Part shown: positions 1-14,201 of the stretch, piece by piece
Position numbering within the stretch: the first letter of the stretch is position 1
How the letters are laid out: each line of letters starts with the position of its first letter
Assembly (NCBI GenBank): GCA_963693365.1
Contig: CAVNZM010000004.1
Span: 5,396,564-5,460,563, forward strand
Source: Amoebidium appalachense
Lineage: Eukaryota; Protista; Ichthyosporea
Reading direction: 5' to 3'
DNA length: 64,000 nt
Made by a program: the position numbers and the translations under genes
Notes under the pieces: model-generated
Database searches by the model: none
What the model was told of the DNA's origin: nothing
Seen by the model: the letters and a program-made list of their open reading frames with translations, nothing else

Positions 1-186
1 TCCGTGGCTGTGGTCCCTTAACGCCTCCACAGTTTGCGCAACTACCGCTGTATCCTCCTTCACCCATTCATACCACTGCGTTACGTCCGCTTCACTCCCC
101 CTCCGCACGACACTCAAACTCGATATCCGGCCTCGGGAGACAACCGATAAACCGGAATTACTAACGGTTAAGGATAATAATACCCC

Positions 187-1209
187 TGTTGGTATCCTTG
201 GGGGCAGTGTAGAATCAGAGCGCGAGCGACTTAAAACGTTTTTGACGGTTTCGGTGAGTTTGTTTGTGAGCTTTCGTGTGGGTGTTCGTGCTGAGGTGGA
301 AGGACCCGGTGGTAGTGAGGCCTGATGTAGAGAAATCGGGCTCTCTTCGCCCTCATCAATAATGTGTGGATGTTTCCTGGCCTGGTGGGCGTTGGCGTCA
401 AGGGGTGCAGCCCTTGACGCGACATCTGCTGAGCTCATCTTTGCTCACGAAAATGGTGTGATACTGTATCATATATATGAAACTGTCTATTCTGTCTATT
501 CAGGCGTCTAAATACCTTCAAGCTCTACGGTACGTCGAACTACCTGTGCATTAAGTTGGTGCTCAGTGGAGACAGCCAGCTCCGTATACAAGGCACTCTC
601 GACACTCTGTCAGTGATTAGTTCCTGGGCGCCTGTGTCTTGAGGATCCTTCTAAATTCTTAACTTTAAAACGTGTTACGGAATCCGCCGCAGGAAGGCTG
701 TGCCTTCAAAAACTCCGAGAAAGAGAAAGACTAAGTCAGGCTGTAAGGCGCCGCTGAGCTCACAATGAATGTTCACTGGAAACTTAATTGAGTCTAACTT
801 CTGGACTAGGTCTACTAGATCTCTTAACAGCTATAGGGTTACGGTTTCAGCGGGGCAAAGGGTATTTATGAAAGTGTATTGCTCAAAATAATAAACCTCT
901 TGCTTCACCTTCACCTATCAGTAATTATATTATGCACATATACATGGTTCGCACCTTTGAGTTTCAACATACGTTACGCTGAGTTGAAGTACGTTTTGTA
1001 ACTAAGCAATCATTCTAGACTAGCAAACGGACACTCAACCTGTCAAGTACTTAAGTGGACATCATCCCATTCTACAACAACACATGCTCTGACTGCTTTA
1101 TGGTTCCTATAGCTACCTACACCTATCATTGCTATAAAACAGGGCTTACAAGTTCAACTTTGTTCATGAGCAATGAGCAAAGCCAGTAACTGCTGAGTCG
1201 TACCCAACA
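187..1209. mobile_element. Possible LTR-like or TIR-bounded element (~1.0 kb, TGTTGG...CCAACA ends)
   Basis: Microsatellite-free block that starts TGTTGGTA (187) and ends TACCCAACA (1209). No target-site duplication, convincing PBS or PPT was found. Confidence 0.2.
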
Positions 1210-1987
1210 GGTGGGCTTGCCAATATACCTCGGAACCACCCTAAACTCACTGCGGGTATTCGGCGAGTCTATAAAGTTTTTTTTTTCTTTTGTAAAGTTG
1301 CAGAGATGCTCAAAACAGGTAAAAACTCTAATTTGAGGGCATATAGGGGTTGAAAATTCTCATTCCCGCTCTTATTTCCTCTTTTTTGGATGTTAAAGTG
1401 GATTATATACACTTTGCTTCGAGCTGGCATGTATGAAGTTTAATACTAAAAAAGAATTTCAAAACTTTCAAGTCTTTCCGAACTGGCAAGTCTGGCAGAT
1501 TATGTTCTAAAAATCACTTTATCAGCACCGTTTTTTGTTTTTTATCTTTTATTTTCCCATCACATGGCGATTGAAATATAAAAAAACCGTTTTACCGTGA
1601 ACATGATTCACCAAACAAAGCCGGCGCCATTTTCCTCTCTTTTATCAGCATATCAATAAAGTCATTATATATATATATATATATATATCGCTTTCTGTGT
1701 AAATCTTTTTCTTTTGACTTATGGCCTATGCTGAAGTCTAAGAGGTCGTTTTTATAAACTTTTTAAACACGTAGGAATGAGCTGTGCTGCATAAACCAAT
1801 AGGATGTAAGCATTCTTTGCGATCCACATTCCAGAAATAAACCGATCTCGAATCGACAGACACCGCTTCGCGCGCGCGGTGTTATGTATACGCAACTCGC
1901 AAAACCGTGGATATTCTGTTCACACATGAACAGAATTTCAACTTTTATTAACACATGGTAAGAAGTTTAAAAATATACCTAGTTTTA

Positions 1988-2366
1988 TGTCCACGCAATA
2001 AAAGTGTGTAAACCCCTTTTTATGCATGCAGCAGGATTCAGTACTGAAAATTCTCTCGCGGCGACCAACCACCGCCCTGGTCAAGTTTCCGTGATCCGGG
2101 GTTCGGGAACTTCCGGGATATGATGCCACGTTGTGAAAGCCTGAAACTGGTGATATTAGAAATGGCGGGAGATATTCGGATTCGCATTTACCAAAATACA
2201 ACTCTAGTTTAAATCTTAATTGGTAACTGACAAATAAACGTAATTTTTTACAATGTAATATCATATCGATTTTGTAGGCCTGCGCCGCTGGCCTGCGCTG
2301 CTGCACGGGGCCTTGCCCTTGCCCTGGCCTCCGGCAGTGTCCACGCAATAAAAAGTGTGTAAACCC
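1988..2366 (+). repeat. ~28-bp direct repeat pair TGTCCACGCAATAAAA(A)GTGTGTAAACCC
   Basis: Copies at 1988-2015 and 2338-2366 differ only by one A in the A-run. Confidence 0.85.
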
Positions 2367-2489
2367 TGAGCTTCAACTTGACTTCTGGGCTTGCCAAGCC
2401 TTGTTGCCAAAAAAAACAACCAAAAACGCTTGAAAACAAACCGAGTCAGTCCCACTAAGAATCCTCTGTCCCACCGTGAAACAGACACC

Positions 2490-2926
2490 ATGGCGCGCCG
2501 CCCACCCAATCTAGACCAAATCCAGAGATTTGCCATCCCAGCTCTCTTCTCTTTCCACGCTCTAATCTACATCCCGCTGAAGCTCTCCGGCCCGCCCCTG
2601 GGCGAAGAGGAAACATTGGTACCCATGTCAGCTTTCAAGCCTCCAAAGTTGCAGGAAAAGCCTTGGGATTCCTTTCGTGAGGCGTTTGACCCTAGCACTA
2701 TCACCGTTCCTCTCTCGGTAGCCTTCGGTTGGCCACTTTTGAGAACGGTAGTTCGTTTTTCAACAGGAACAAGAAGGAATGGGTTTAAGGTGGTTGTTCC
2801 CTCCGGTGGTGCGCTTGCGAGAGCAGGGGGAGCCGGGTTGGCAGTTGCTAGTTTGATAGTGACGGACGTGGCGGCGTGGTATTGGAGGAAGGAGAGATAT
2901 GGGCTGGACTACATAAAAATAAGTGA

Positions 2927-2995
<69 letters not shown>

Positions 2996-2998
2996 CCT

Positions 2999-3063
<65 letters not shown>

Positions 3064-3165
3064 CCCCCCCCCCCTCTCTCCCTCTTTCTCTCCCTCTCTC
3101 TCTCTCTCTCTCTCCCCCCCCCCCCCCCCCCTCTCTCTCTCTCCCTCCCTCCCTCCCTCCCTGTC

Positions 3166-3207
<42 letters not shown>

Positions 3208-3794
3208 TGTCTCTCTGTGTGTGTGCGGGCCAGCGCCGGGGGAGGGGGGAGGGGGGGGGGGAGAGGGTGGTTGGAGGGGTACCAGTGATATGGAAACAAA
3301 GGGTTTGTATCTATTGGAGGCCTAGAGTGGATTACTGTTATGCAAATGGGTTAAGAGTTGAGGGGGGGACTGGTGGGTGGTTTATGGGAAAGGAAAGGGT
3401 GGGCAAAAGTGGGGAGGGGGGAGGGGGGAGGGGACACAGGAGGGATCGAGCAAAGGGTGTGTGTGTGGGGGGGGGGGGGGGGGGGGGGGGGGAGGGGGGG
3501 GGGTTATGGGAGGGGGAGGGGAGGGGTAGGGAGAGAGTGGTACTAGTAAGTTTATTTAAGAAGCGCAATAAGAGGTTTTGTGTTTCAGTGTTGGAGCATG
3601 TGATATGTCTTTGGTGGCAGTGGCGGTGGTGGTGCTTGGGAAGAGGGGTGGGGTGGGGGTTGGGGGTGGAGGCTGGGAGAAGAGGCGGCACCTGGGACTT
3701 GGGGCTTTTGATTGGGGCGTGGTTGAGGAGAAGCGATGGGGGAAAGGGGGGGGGGGGGGGGGGAAGGGAGGGGCGGGGGGGTCTCTCTCTCCCT

Positions 3795-3839
<45 letters not shown>

Positions 3840-4292
3840 CCCTCCCCCCCCCCCCCCCCCTCCCTTTCTTCCCCCGTTTCCCTCCCCGCCTTCTCCCCCC
3901 CCTCCCCCCCCCCCCCCCCCCCCCCCCTCCGGGGTGGGCTCCGGTGCAGTCTGTTTACCTTCCAACCGTCAAAGGCACAGAAGCACACATTCGAGCACAC
4001 ACGACCACAGATGTCTGTATACATAGACAACTCTGGATTTGAAAGGAAACTCCCTCCTCCCCGAACACCATGACTCGTGTGCTCTTCTAGCCCTCTTTTC
4101 TTTCGTGTCATATCAGGTTCACGTGAGCCTGCGCCCACAATTTCTATCACATCAATCAAAATTTACTTAATCTTTCTTTGTCTCATCCTCCCTCTCCCTC
4201 GACCCCATCCTCCTCCTTCCCTCCGCATTTCCCCTGCCAACATACACACGCATACGTACACACATCCTTGAGCATCACACACACACACACAC

Positions 4293-4331
<39 letters not shown>

Positions 4332-4848
4332 CACACACACAAACACACACACACACACAGAAAAATGGCAAGAGGCCCGGCCCCACACCACCGCCGAGGA
4401 CATGGAACGCATGTTCCATCAAACCGTCCTGCCCATGGCTGTCTGCTGGCTCGGCATGGGTATGACCCCCCTCCCCCCTCTCACCCTCTTCCTCCCCCCC
4501 CCCCCCCCCCCCCCCCGGATCGAAACTCAGACGCAATTGATGACTTGGGTCCTCCCTGAGGATGGGCTCTGCTTATGACGCATACTGTGCACATGACTGA
4601 TGTTGCATAATTGAATGTTTGCCTTTGCATGTGTCCTGCACCATGCTTCTCGTCGTGTATGCGTACTTCGTACCGTGTTCCGCATTCAAACCCCCCCCCC
4701 CCCCCCCCCCCCCCTTTTTGAGGATGGGCTTTACTTATGAGTCAAACTTTTCATGTCAGGTTTGTATTCGGCAATGGATGTCAGTCGCGAATGTGTGTAC
4801 TTGGAACCTTATGACGCATTCTAACCTTCCCCCCCCCCCCCCCCCCCC

Positions 4849-4881
<33 letters not shown>

Positions 4882-5252
4882 AATAATGATAATAATAATA
4901 AAAAAATTGCATAAATAAATATCTAAAAAGAAAGAAAGAAAGAAAGAAAGGGGGGGGGGGGGGGAAGGAAAGGACGAAAGAAAAGAAGAAAGAAGAAGAA
5001 AACGTCCAAAAACGAGGCGCACCTCATTACCTCCTGAATATTACTCGTAAACCTTTATACACCACACTGTATACCCAATCCCCCCATGCGTCTCACCCCC
5101 CCCTCCCCCCCCCCCCCCCCAAAAAAAAAAAAAAAAGAAAAGAAAGAAAGAAAGAAAGAAACCCCACCCATGCACCTACCCACCAGCACGACTACCACCC
5201 AAACACCCACTCACTACCAATCCGCCCGCAACTCCCCGCCCTATCCCTAATC

Positions 5253-5287
<35 letters not shown>

Positions 5288-5583
5288 ACCCCGTCCCCAC
5301 CCCCTCCCTCCCCCCCCCCCCCCCCCCCCCCTCCCCCTTCTTCTCTTCCCTTCCTCCCCCCCCTCCCCCCACCCCCCTCCCCCACCTCACCCACCCACCC
5401 ACCCACCCACCCATTACAAGAATGCTCTGGGTCCCCCTTAGAGGCTGCTTTCTCCTTGTGCAGATATTATCCTAAATTCCATTGTTGCCAATGATTCGTG
5501 TGCTGTGTTCTGGACCCCCCCCCCCCCCCCCTCCCCCCCCCCCCCTCTCCCCCCCCCCCCTCCCCCCCCCCCTCTCGCCCCCT

Positions 5584-5624
<41 letters not shown>

Positions 5625-5944
5625 GCCCCCCCCTTGCCGCCCCCCCCCCCCCCCCCCCCTCTCTCTTTCCCCCTTGGTCTCTCAATCGCTTGTTTGGTCA
5701 TATGCTTGCACCCGCCCATCCACCCGACCCCAAACAACCCCCCCCCCCCCCCCATGCGCGCGCCCCTCCACACACACACACACACACACGTGTACACACA
5801 CATGTACAGACCCACCCACTCACACACACGTACACACACGCACACATCTTCCCCACACTCAAGGGCTCGGTCTCGATCAACCACGAGCCTTCCTGCATCT
5901 TCCCCCCCCTTCCCTGCGCCCCACCCGCCCACCCGTCACCCCAA

Positions 5945-6024
<80 letters not shown>

Positions 6025-6336
6025 TCACTCACTCACTCACTCGCTCACACTCACACACATACTCACACACACTCACACACATACATACACACATGTGCAC
6101 CCTGTGAATGCGTACTTCGTACCCTACTCTGAAACACATTCTAACCCTCCCCCCTCCCCCCCCCCCCTCCCCCCGCCCCCCTCCCCCCCGCCCCCCCCCC
6201 CCCTGCAGGAGCCACCCCCCTCCTCCCCTACGTGATATTCCCCGTCGCCTATTGGAAGCTCCATTGGCACTCGGCCCAGACAACCCTCAGAGACCGACTG
6301 CTCGACGTACTAGAGGCCAATCGCACCAGTTTATAA
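2490..6336 (+). CDS. Hypothetical ~219-aa probable membrane protein; exons 2490-2922, 4361-4459, 6209-6336
   Basis: ACCATGG start context. GT-AG introns have matching phase 1, and the spliced frame is open: MARRPPNLDQ...YGLDYIKI/KKWQEARPHTTAEDMERMFHQTVLPMAVCWLGM/GATPLLPYVIFPVAYWKLHW...NRTSL*. Several hydrophobic segments. Family not recognised. Confidence 0.65.
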
Positions 6337-6893
6337 ACCCTCGGTGGTTTAATGGCCAATGGTTGAGGGAGTTTAAACCGTAGATGGGTTTAATGTTGCG
6401 GTTGGTATTAAGTCCACGGTGCTTGACAGGGAATTTAATTAAGGGGTGTAAGGGTTGATGGAGGGTGAGATGTTGTGTGTGGATGATCATAGTACACACA
6501 AGCACATGGTGTTAATGTCTACCCCCTCTCCCTCTCCCCTCCCCCCTCCCCTTCCCCCACCCCCCTCCACCCACCCATTCACCCACCCCCCAAGACATAC
6601 ACACGCATGTAGAACAATTCCTTAACACGAATTAGTGTAACCCTTGAATTCGTCTCAATACTTTTATTTTTTACCCAACGAAATTGTGAAAACTTTGGGC
6701 CCTTCGAGACCAGGACATTCATTCGATTTGTCAGCAGAACACGAACACAGGCAGTATATATTTTGTTTCTGGTTATCCCCATGTTAAGTATGTATGTTCT
6801 CTTTCTTTCTTTCTTTCGTTTTTTCTATTTCGTGTTCTTTCTCTTGAGTCTTCTCTTCTTTCCTTCCTTTCCTTTCCTTCTTTCGTTTAACAT

Positions 6894-6924
<31 letters not shown>

Positions 6925-7154
6925 CTTTTTTCCTTTTTTATTTATTTCATTTTTTTTTTTGATTGAATGAATCACACGAGTCCTGCACTGTGTGCAGATT
7001 ATAAGTATGCCTTTGAACATGCAGCCGGGCATTCAAAAACCACATGTGCCGAGTAAATCGACCAAAAGAAGCACATGAGCACCGTGCTGTTGTTTCCGGG
7101 AAAAGTAAGGGGCGAGGGGGAGGGAAGGCGGGGGGATGGTTGGGGAGGGGGCGG

Positions 7155-7193
<39 letters not shown>

Positions 7194-7609
7194 GGGAGGG
7201 AGGATTGGGATCAAACCCCACATGTTGGTGGTCCCTAGCCCTTCCTTCTGACAGTGTGCACCCTGGGCCATCACCCCAATGACGACTGAATTAAATTACT
7301 GCTCCCCGGGGCCCAATCCCAATCCCGAATCTCCTAACACACCTCCCCTCCCTAACCCACCAATTACCACTGTAACGGTGGTTTCCCGGTCACGGTGCAG
7401 TTTTGTTCCCAGAGAAGTAGAACTGAGACTGCAGTGTCCTGCAGCTTCAAAAAGTTGATTCGACTACGTCTCCAACCCAAATCCCCCCCCTCCCCCCCCC
7501 CTTCCCTTCCCCCTTCCACACACACACACACACACACACGCGCGCGCGCACACACACACAGGGGGGCGCGGTAATCAACAGCTTGGTCCCCTGGGGCCGG
7601 GGATCGGAG

Positions 7610-7647
<38 letters not shown>

Positions 7648-7650
7648 ATA

Positions 7651-7693
<43 letters not shown>

Positions 7694-7917
7694 TTTCTAC
7701 TGAGTATGGCAGCAAGGCCGAGTACTTTGCATTGTTACAAAACTCGAAGCTTCCATACTTGATTGGGATGATATGCTCGAAGACAGGTAGGTCTGAAGCT
7801 TTCCACTGCCACAACGTTTAAATATTCATGGTTTCTTATTTCCTATTTTATTTTATTTTTATTCCATTAGTATCACACCGCACGCACACACACACACATA
7901 TATAATCATTGATTTCC

Positions 7918-7987
<70 letters not shown>

Positions 7988-8092
7988 GGTTTTTTACTTT
8001 TCCATATGTTTTTTTGGCCCGGGGGAGGGGGGGGAAGGGGGGCGGGGGGGTTGGGGGCAGTTGCTGTTGTGATGATTGTGGTGGTGTGTCAT

Positions 8093-8141
<49 letters not shown>

Positions 8142-8490
8142 CTTTACATTTACAGTCAACCAAACAGTGAGGCGAGATGTCTCGTTTCCTTGCAGCTCAC
8201 ATCATTGCCGTGTGCTCAGTTACATGTTCAATTAAAGAGAGTTTTTCGTTTTTTCCACATAATCAATGTAACGAGTAGTTTTTTTTTGGTTTTTGCAGTT
8301 TTATTCATATTTTGGCGATTCATATTTCCCAAAATGGAATGTTAGTTTTTTTGATTCTTACCATTTTATTAACGTCTTTATCCATACAAACATCTTTTGG
8401 GTGGGTACCAGCCCCCGGGAACCCACATACCTACTAACAGTTCTATATATCCATTCTTTGCCCTGTCTGATGCCCCGATCGAAATGAAAT

Positions 8491-8531
<41 letters not shown>

Positions 8532-8863
8532 TTACTAAGCGCCGACTATTCCAGCACTCATTCGCGATCGCACTACCACTACGTGTATTTTACAAGCGAG
8601 AAACCTCTTTTATGCCTGACGAAGAATATGTGTTAAAACTTCTATACGATGAACTCTCTTGTGTTTAAAAGCATATACGGGGGGACGGATGCAAAGCATC
8701 GCCTGCACAAAGCACCGTAGATTCTGCTACACACCCAACACCACTATCACTCTATATACACACTGTACTTCATAGCTCTCATTTTTTAAAGAGACAACTT
8801 GAACTGGTCAACAGCATATAATTTAAACACTGTAGTACTTGTAAATAACAATTAACCCATCTC

Positions 8864-10360
8864 CTACTCAGGCTTAGGGATGCTCACAGGCTTTGAATAC
8901 ACCTGGACAGCGCAACCGTCGATGGGCCGCACACCGGCCCAAATCTTAACCGAGTCATTTGGAATTTCGATCGCAGCCTGGTAATTGCCCTTTGCACTAT
9001 CGGGAACACTCTTGCAGAACGACTTTGCCTTCTTCTCCTTCTCATCCGTCCACCCCATGCATGTAAGCGTCGTGATGGTGTTCACAGGGTAATCCTTGTT
9101 GGTATCCGGTTTCAGATCCCAAGCAATGTTCCCAACCACCTGCTCCTGCCCGCCGGCCGCCATCAGCGTAGTGATGTTCTGCACATTGACGTTGAACACA
9201 CGATTGCTATATTTGTTCCAGTTGCAACCATAGTTGTTGTAGCCATCGGTATCGTCGGGATTCTCTGGCTTCTTCTCCTCCCCCTTCTTGGCTTCCACCC
9301 ACTCGCTGTACCCACCGCACGTGCTATAAAATGCAACCTTCACCCCTTTAACCTCACCGTCTTCCTTCGAAAACGCCAACTCGCCCCTCTGTCCGTCGAC
9401 GTTCGCGCACCGCGTCTCCGCGACGCCGTCCGCCCTCTTCAGATCCATACATATCCAAATACTCTTGTCACCACTGGTCTTGATGTCACCAATCTGCTCG
9501 AAAGCGCTGCCCACCTTTAGCTCCGTAATCTGGATGGGAAGCTTGTAGGCACCGTTGCCGAGGTTGGTTTCAATGGTCGAGCCGGCATCAAACGTTTTGG
9601 TGTAGTAGACTGGATCTTTGGGTTTGGGTGGAGCACTGCAGTACATGATGGGATCCATGTACTTGGCTAGATCGGCATTTCCGTTGTTCAAGGGAACGCC
9701 GCCGGGTGTAAGGGCAAGGTCAGTGCCGTTGCGCAACTTGCAGGGCACAAGGACCCCAGCTATCGGGATGATCACTCCGTTGATCGCCTGCGGAATTCGA
9801 AGTGCCTTCTGGGAAAGGTATGCAGGGCCGTCGCATTTATCCATCTTCACCAACTCGACCTTGTTTGGGTTCTGGCCGAAGATAACCTCGCCATTGATGC
9901 TCTCACCCTCCAAGAGGCTGGGATGATAGTCCAATTCCTCGGCGCTATACTTGGTCATGTGAGCGAGCAGCACATCCTTCAACACATCCGAGTCGCTGTT
10001 GAGGAACTCAAACGTCTTGTGTGGAACAACATCGATAGCGTCGTTGGTGGGCAGGTACAACATGAGGATGTTCGAAAGGTCCGCCGTGAACTTCTCGGGG
10101 GTTGTAAGGTTCTTGTAGAGCCCCGTGGAGTTTAGAAGGCTTGCGACGGTGGAAAACTGGGGCTGCGACTGTATGAGCTCCCAAAGGTCAACATTCGTTG
10201 CGTTTTTGGTCGAAGTGCACGAGGCTACCTTGTCGTATTTCTCACAGTCTTCCTCGCAGAAAAGCGCGCGCGTGCAACCATCTGGGTACTTGAAGGCGTT
10301 TACCTGCGCGCTCAGCGCGAGGAAAGCCGCCAAAACGGGAAACTTTAGCTGCCTGACCAT
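8864..10360 (-). CDS. Secreted fasciclin (FAS1) domain protein, 498 aa, intronless
   Basis: Long clean ORF with a signal peptide (MVRQLKFPVLAAFLALSAQVNA). FAS1 hallmarks: FSTVASLL, LYLPTNDA (H1), VLLAHM, NGVIIPIAGVLVP (H2). The C-terminal half carries two Cys-containing beta-rich modules. Confidence 0.85.
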   Translation of the reverse strand: MVRQLKFPVLAAFLALSAQVNAFKYPDGCTRALFCEEDCEKYDKVASCTSTKNATNVDLWELIQSQPQFSTVASLLNSTGLYKNLTTPEKFTADLSNILMLYLPTNDAIDVVPHKTFEFLNSDSDVLKDVLLAHMTKYSAEELDYHPSLLEGESINGEVIFGQNPNKVELVKMDKCDGPAYLSQKALRIPQAINGVIIPIAGVLVPCKLRNGTDLALTPGGVPLNNGNADLAKYMDPIMYCSAPPKPKDPVYYTKTFDAGSTIETNLGNGAYKLPIQITELKVGSAFEQIGDIKTSGDKSIWICMDLKRADGVAETRCANVDGQRGELAFSKEDGEVKGVKVAFYSTCGGYSEWVEAKKGEEKKPENPDDTDGYNNYGCNWNKYSNRVFNVNVQNITTLMAAGGQEQVVGNIAWDLKPDTNKDYPVNTITTLTCMGWTDEKEKKAKSFCKSVPDSAKGNYQAAIEIPNDSVKIWAGVRPIDGCAVQVYSKPVSIPKPE

Positions 10361-11489
10361 GGCTGCGTTGTGTGAATGATTCGTTTACAAAGTGGAACTG
10401 ATGGGGGTTTGACACACGTACATAGTAACTGGTTCGCGGTTTTATGTTAGGCTTTGACCTGCAAGCTTATTGGCGGTTTGTCTTACGTATAAAATGATTG
10501 GTCACAAATTTTAACTTTGAGTTCTTCCCAAACCATTTTCATGAGGGGAGCTGATCTCAAAATATTTAACTTACATCACATTAACAATATTATCATGTTA
10601 CGTAAAATGAAAAGCTATTTAACAATATGCTTCCCCCTCCCCCCCCCCCCCCCCAAAAAAAAAAAATGAAAAATAAGCAATATAAAAGGTCAATACACCT
10701 AAATTACAACATTCAAGTAACCTTTAGAAAACCGAGAGGGCGAGAGGCCGCAAGTCTTAGTGTTACATAATTCGTGAATTTCGAGAAGAAGAAAATTGGT
10801 CGACCCCAATTTACTGTTGAATCTACATGTATAAATGCGCTAGGGGGACATTCCGCAGCAGATAACCATGATAACCCAAGATCACGATCCCTCTGAGTTG
10901 TAGGGTATAGTGCCTGCCCTTTCATTAATACAAAGTGGTTGGATCAAAAAACTAAAACGCCAATGAAAACAATCATGTCAAATACATCCTGCTCTTTTTT
11001 TTTTGTACATGTAACGTCTGAGTTGCGTTTGATTTCATAGCAGCCTGTATGACATGCCGCAAGTATTCAAATATATCGCTTCATCGGCTTGACCCGAAAT
11101 GATTGGACAACGAGCTTTCTGGCAGATTTCCCCAGCCGCCACTCCAGCCGCCATGATCATCGCGGCGTATGACAGACAAACGTTGTACGTGATGTTGCTG
11201 AGTACTCGAAAGGTTTTTTGGCTGGGCCCCATGCACATGTACATGTAGCGATACGCCGACGTTCATGATCATGTTGCCAAACGAGCTTGTTCCCACATGG
11301 ATCTCTCCTTCTCCCCTTCGCTTCCCTCCCCATTCCCGTGCCCTCCCTTCCACTTCCCCCTTTCGCCACCGCCTCCTCAGTTGACTTTCCTCTTGCTACC
11401 GTAGTCATGACCCCATGGCCAGGCAAGAGCTCCCGGAAAAGGTAGCAACGGAGAGGAGAACAGGGGGATAGACAGACAGACAGACAGAC

Positions 11490-11651
<162 letters not shown>

Positions 11652-11685
11652 GGGAGGGGGGAGGGAGGGAGGGAGGGAGAGAGGG

Positions 11686-11742
<57 letters not shown>

Positions 11743-12644
11743 TTTATCACTGTGTCTATCACATATGCATACATGTATGTATATGCTGTCTAATATTAGT
11801 TAACGTTAGTAATGATCTTGACGGACTCCGCCAGTTATTTGGCACGTTTGCATGCATTTTCAACATGTTGCAAATGCATGCCATGTGAAGCATAATAATC
11901 ACCTATCCTGTTTCACTGGCAGGAACCCGATTTCGAAGATCGCGCGCGCACGCGCGCGCGCGCGAGTGTGTGTGTATTGCATGTATGTGTGTGTGTGCGT
12001 GGGTGTGTGTGTGTATGTGTGTGCCACGGTGTGTGTCCTTGCGCACGTCTCGGTGTGTGTGTGCCTGTGTGTGTGTGTGTGTGCCTGTGCGTGCGTGTGT
12101 GCGTGTCTCTCTCTCTCTCTCTCTCGCTGTGTGTGCGTGTGTGTGTGTGTGCGTGTATGTGTATGTGTGTGTGTGTGTGTGTGTGTATGTGTGTGCCACG
12201 CGTGTGCGTGCGCAAGTCACGGTGTGTGTGTGTGTGTGTTGTGTGTGTTTGTGTGTGTCTGTGTGTGTGTGTGTGCGTGTATTTGTGTGTGTGCTTGTGC
12301 GTGTGTGTTGTGTGTACCATGGTGTGTGTGCGTGCGCACGCCACGGCGTGTGTGTGTGACAGTGTGTGTGCGTGTGTGTCTGTCTGCTGCGCGTGCGAGT
12401 GTGTGCATGTTTGTGGTGTGAAATTTAATGTGTTTCTGTGTACATGTGTGTGCGCACACGCGTGTGTATGTATGTGTATGTGTCTGTGTGTGTGCGTGTG
12501 CACGCGTCGAGGTGTTTGCGCTGCGTCCGTGCATGAGTGCGTGAGTGTGAGCGCGGCAGTGTTTCCGTGTTCTTTTTTTTTGTTTTTTTTTTTTGTTTTT
12601 TTTTGCCCTGCTGCATGTGTATGTGGATGGGTGGCGGGGTTCCG

Positions 12645-12683
<39 letters not shown>

Positions 12684-12758
12684 GAACATCTGTGTGTGCT
12701 TTTGTGTTTATCTAGGATAACGGGTGGTGGTGGTGGGGGAGGGGGGAGGCAGCGGAAT

Positions 12759-12811
<53 letters not shown>

Positions 12812-12919
12812 ACAGTGAAAAATCCAAATGCTCGTTGGAAAGTGTCGCTTGCAGAAATTTTTATCATTAAAATTAATTAATTTATGACCAGATTCAACAT
12901 GCACAGTTTGGGTTACTCG

Positions 12920-13380
12920 GAGATTTGATTCTCGGGAATAGCAACACTCTGAGTACGTGTTGAGAGTTTAACTGTCGCTCGGACGCACGCTGGCCCAAAT
13001 CGTAACCGACGTTTGGAATTTCCATCGCACCTTGGTAATTTCCGTTCGCGGAACTGGGGACCTGCTTACAAAACGACTTTGCCTTCTCCCCCTCCTCATC
13101 CGTACACTAGCGTATCCACCGGATCAATTTCGAAACCCTGGCTGAAATCCGGTTTATAATCTCGCTCGATATTCGCCACTACCTGCTGCTGCCCGCCCGG
13201 CGCCTGCACCACTGAGATTTGCGAGGTTTACGTTATATATGTTATCGTTGTATTGAAACCATTCGCACCCATGGCTGTCGTAATCGTCGACTTCGCTACT
13301 GGGTCATAGTCCATAGAGGGTTCCTCCTCCCCCTTAATTGCTTCCACCCACTCACTGAACCCACCGCACGTACTGGAGGA
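12920..13380 (-). pseudogene. Degenerate copy of the C-terminal part of the fasciclin gene
   Basis: STCGGFSEWVEAIKGEEE matches STCGGYSEWVEAKKGEEK. The nucleotide stretch AACGACTTTGCCTTCT is shared (13072 vs 9018), and GGQQQVVANI matches GGQEQVVGNI. Frameshifts and stops are present. Confidence 0.75.
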
Positions 13381-14201
13381 GTAAACAAAAAAAAAAAAAA
13401 AGTAGGAATATTGGTGAAGCACTGTGCGCAAACATACTTCCTGCAGTAACAAATTTCTTTATTTCAAGATTTCAAGAAAAATAGAAACTCGAAGCTCGGG
13501 GCACCAGCTGCTCTGGGTTCTGATTCCGGAAATAATAATAATAGCGCCAATAACAGATAAATCCCCATGTGCCATTTCATAGGCCGCTTGGTGAAACACA
13601 TCTACTATTGTTCATAATATCTATCTAGATATCAGTCAAAGGTATTGCAGATTAGAGGAGAAAATGGCCACCTGTGGACCAAAAGGGTTGCCGAAGTACA
13701 AATAGAACACTCAAACATTGACCATGTGTTCGGGCTAGGTTACAACCCGACACATCATTACATCATATGGCACCCGGGGCCCCTATATCAGCGAGCATGG
13801 GAAACTCGGGATCAAGCACTTGAATGCAAAACTTTGAAAATATTTATCGAACATGTAAACTACAATAGTTCATTACCCTAAAACGTTGCTTTTAAGTTTC
13901 CTTGTCCAAACATCCGATCTGGGTTCCTAGCGGCAAGTAGCAACACCTGCATGCCCATATTTAGGAACATCAACTACCACTGATGTTCAATCCCTTAAAA
14001 ATTTCAACAAGTAAATGTATGCTGCACGTGAGAGCATGCGACTGAGGAGTGTAGATGTGTGTGTGTGTGTGCGTGTGTGTGCGTGCGTGAGTGTACGTGT
14101 GAAGTGTGTTGGTGTGTGTATATGCGCATGTGCGTGTATGCATGTGTGTACAACGGGAGGGAAGGAACCGTGGAAAATTGAGCGGGAGGGGGTTTCTATG
14201 T

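Noticed and set aside
11035-11450. Coding-like GC-rich stretch on the minus strand
   Set aside because: No recognisable domain and no consistent splice structure could be built.
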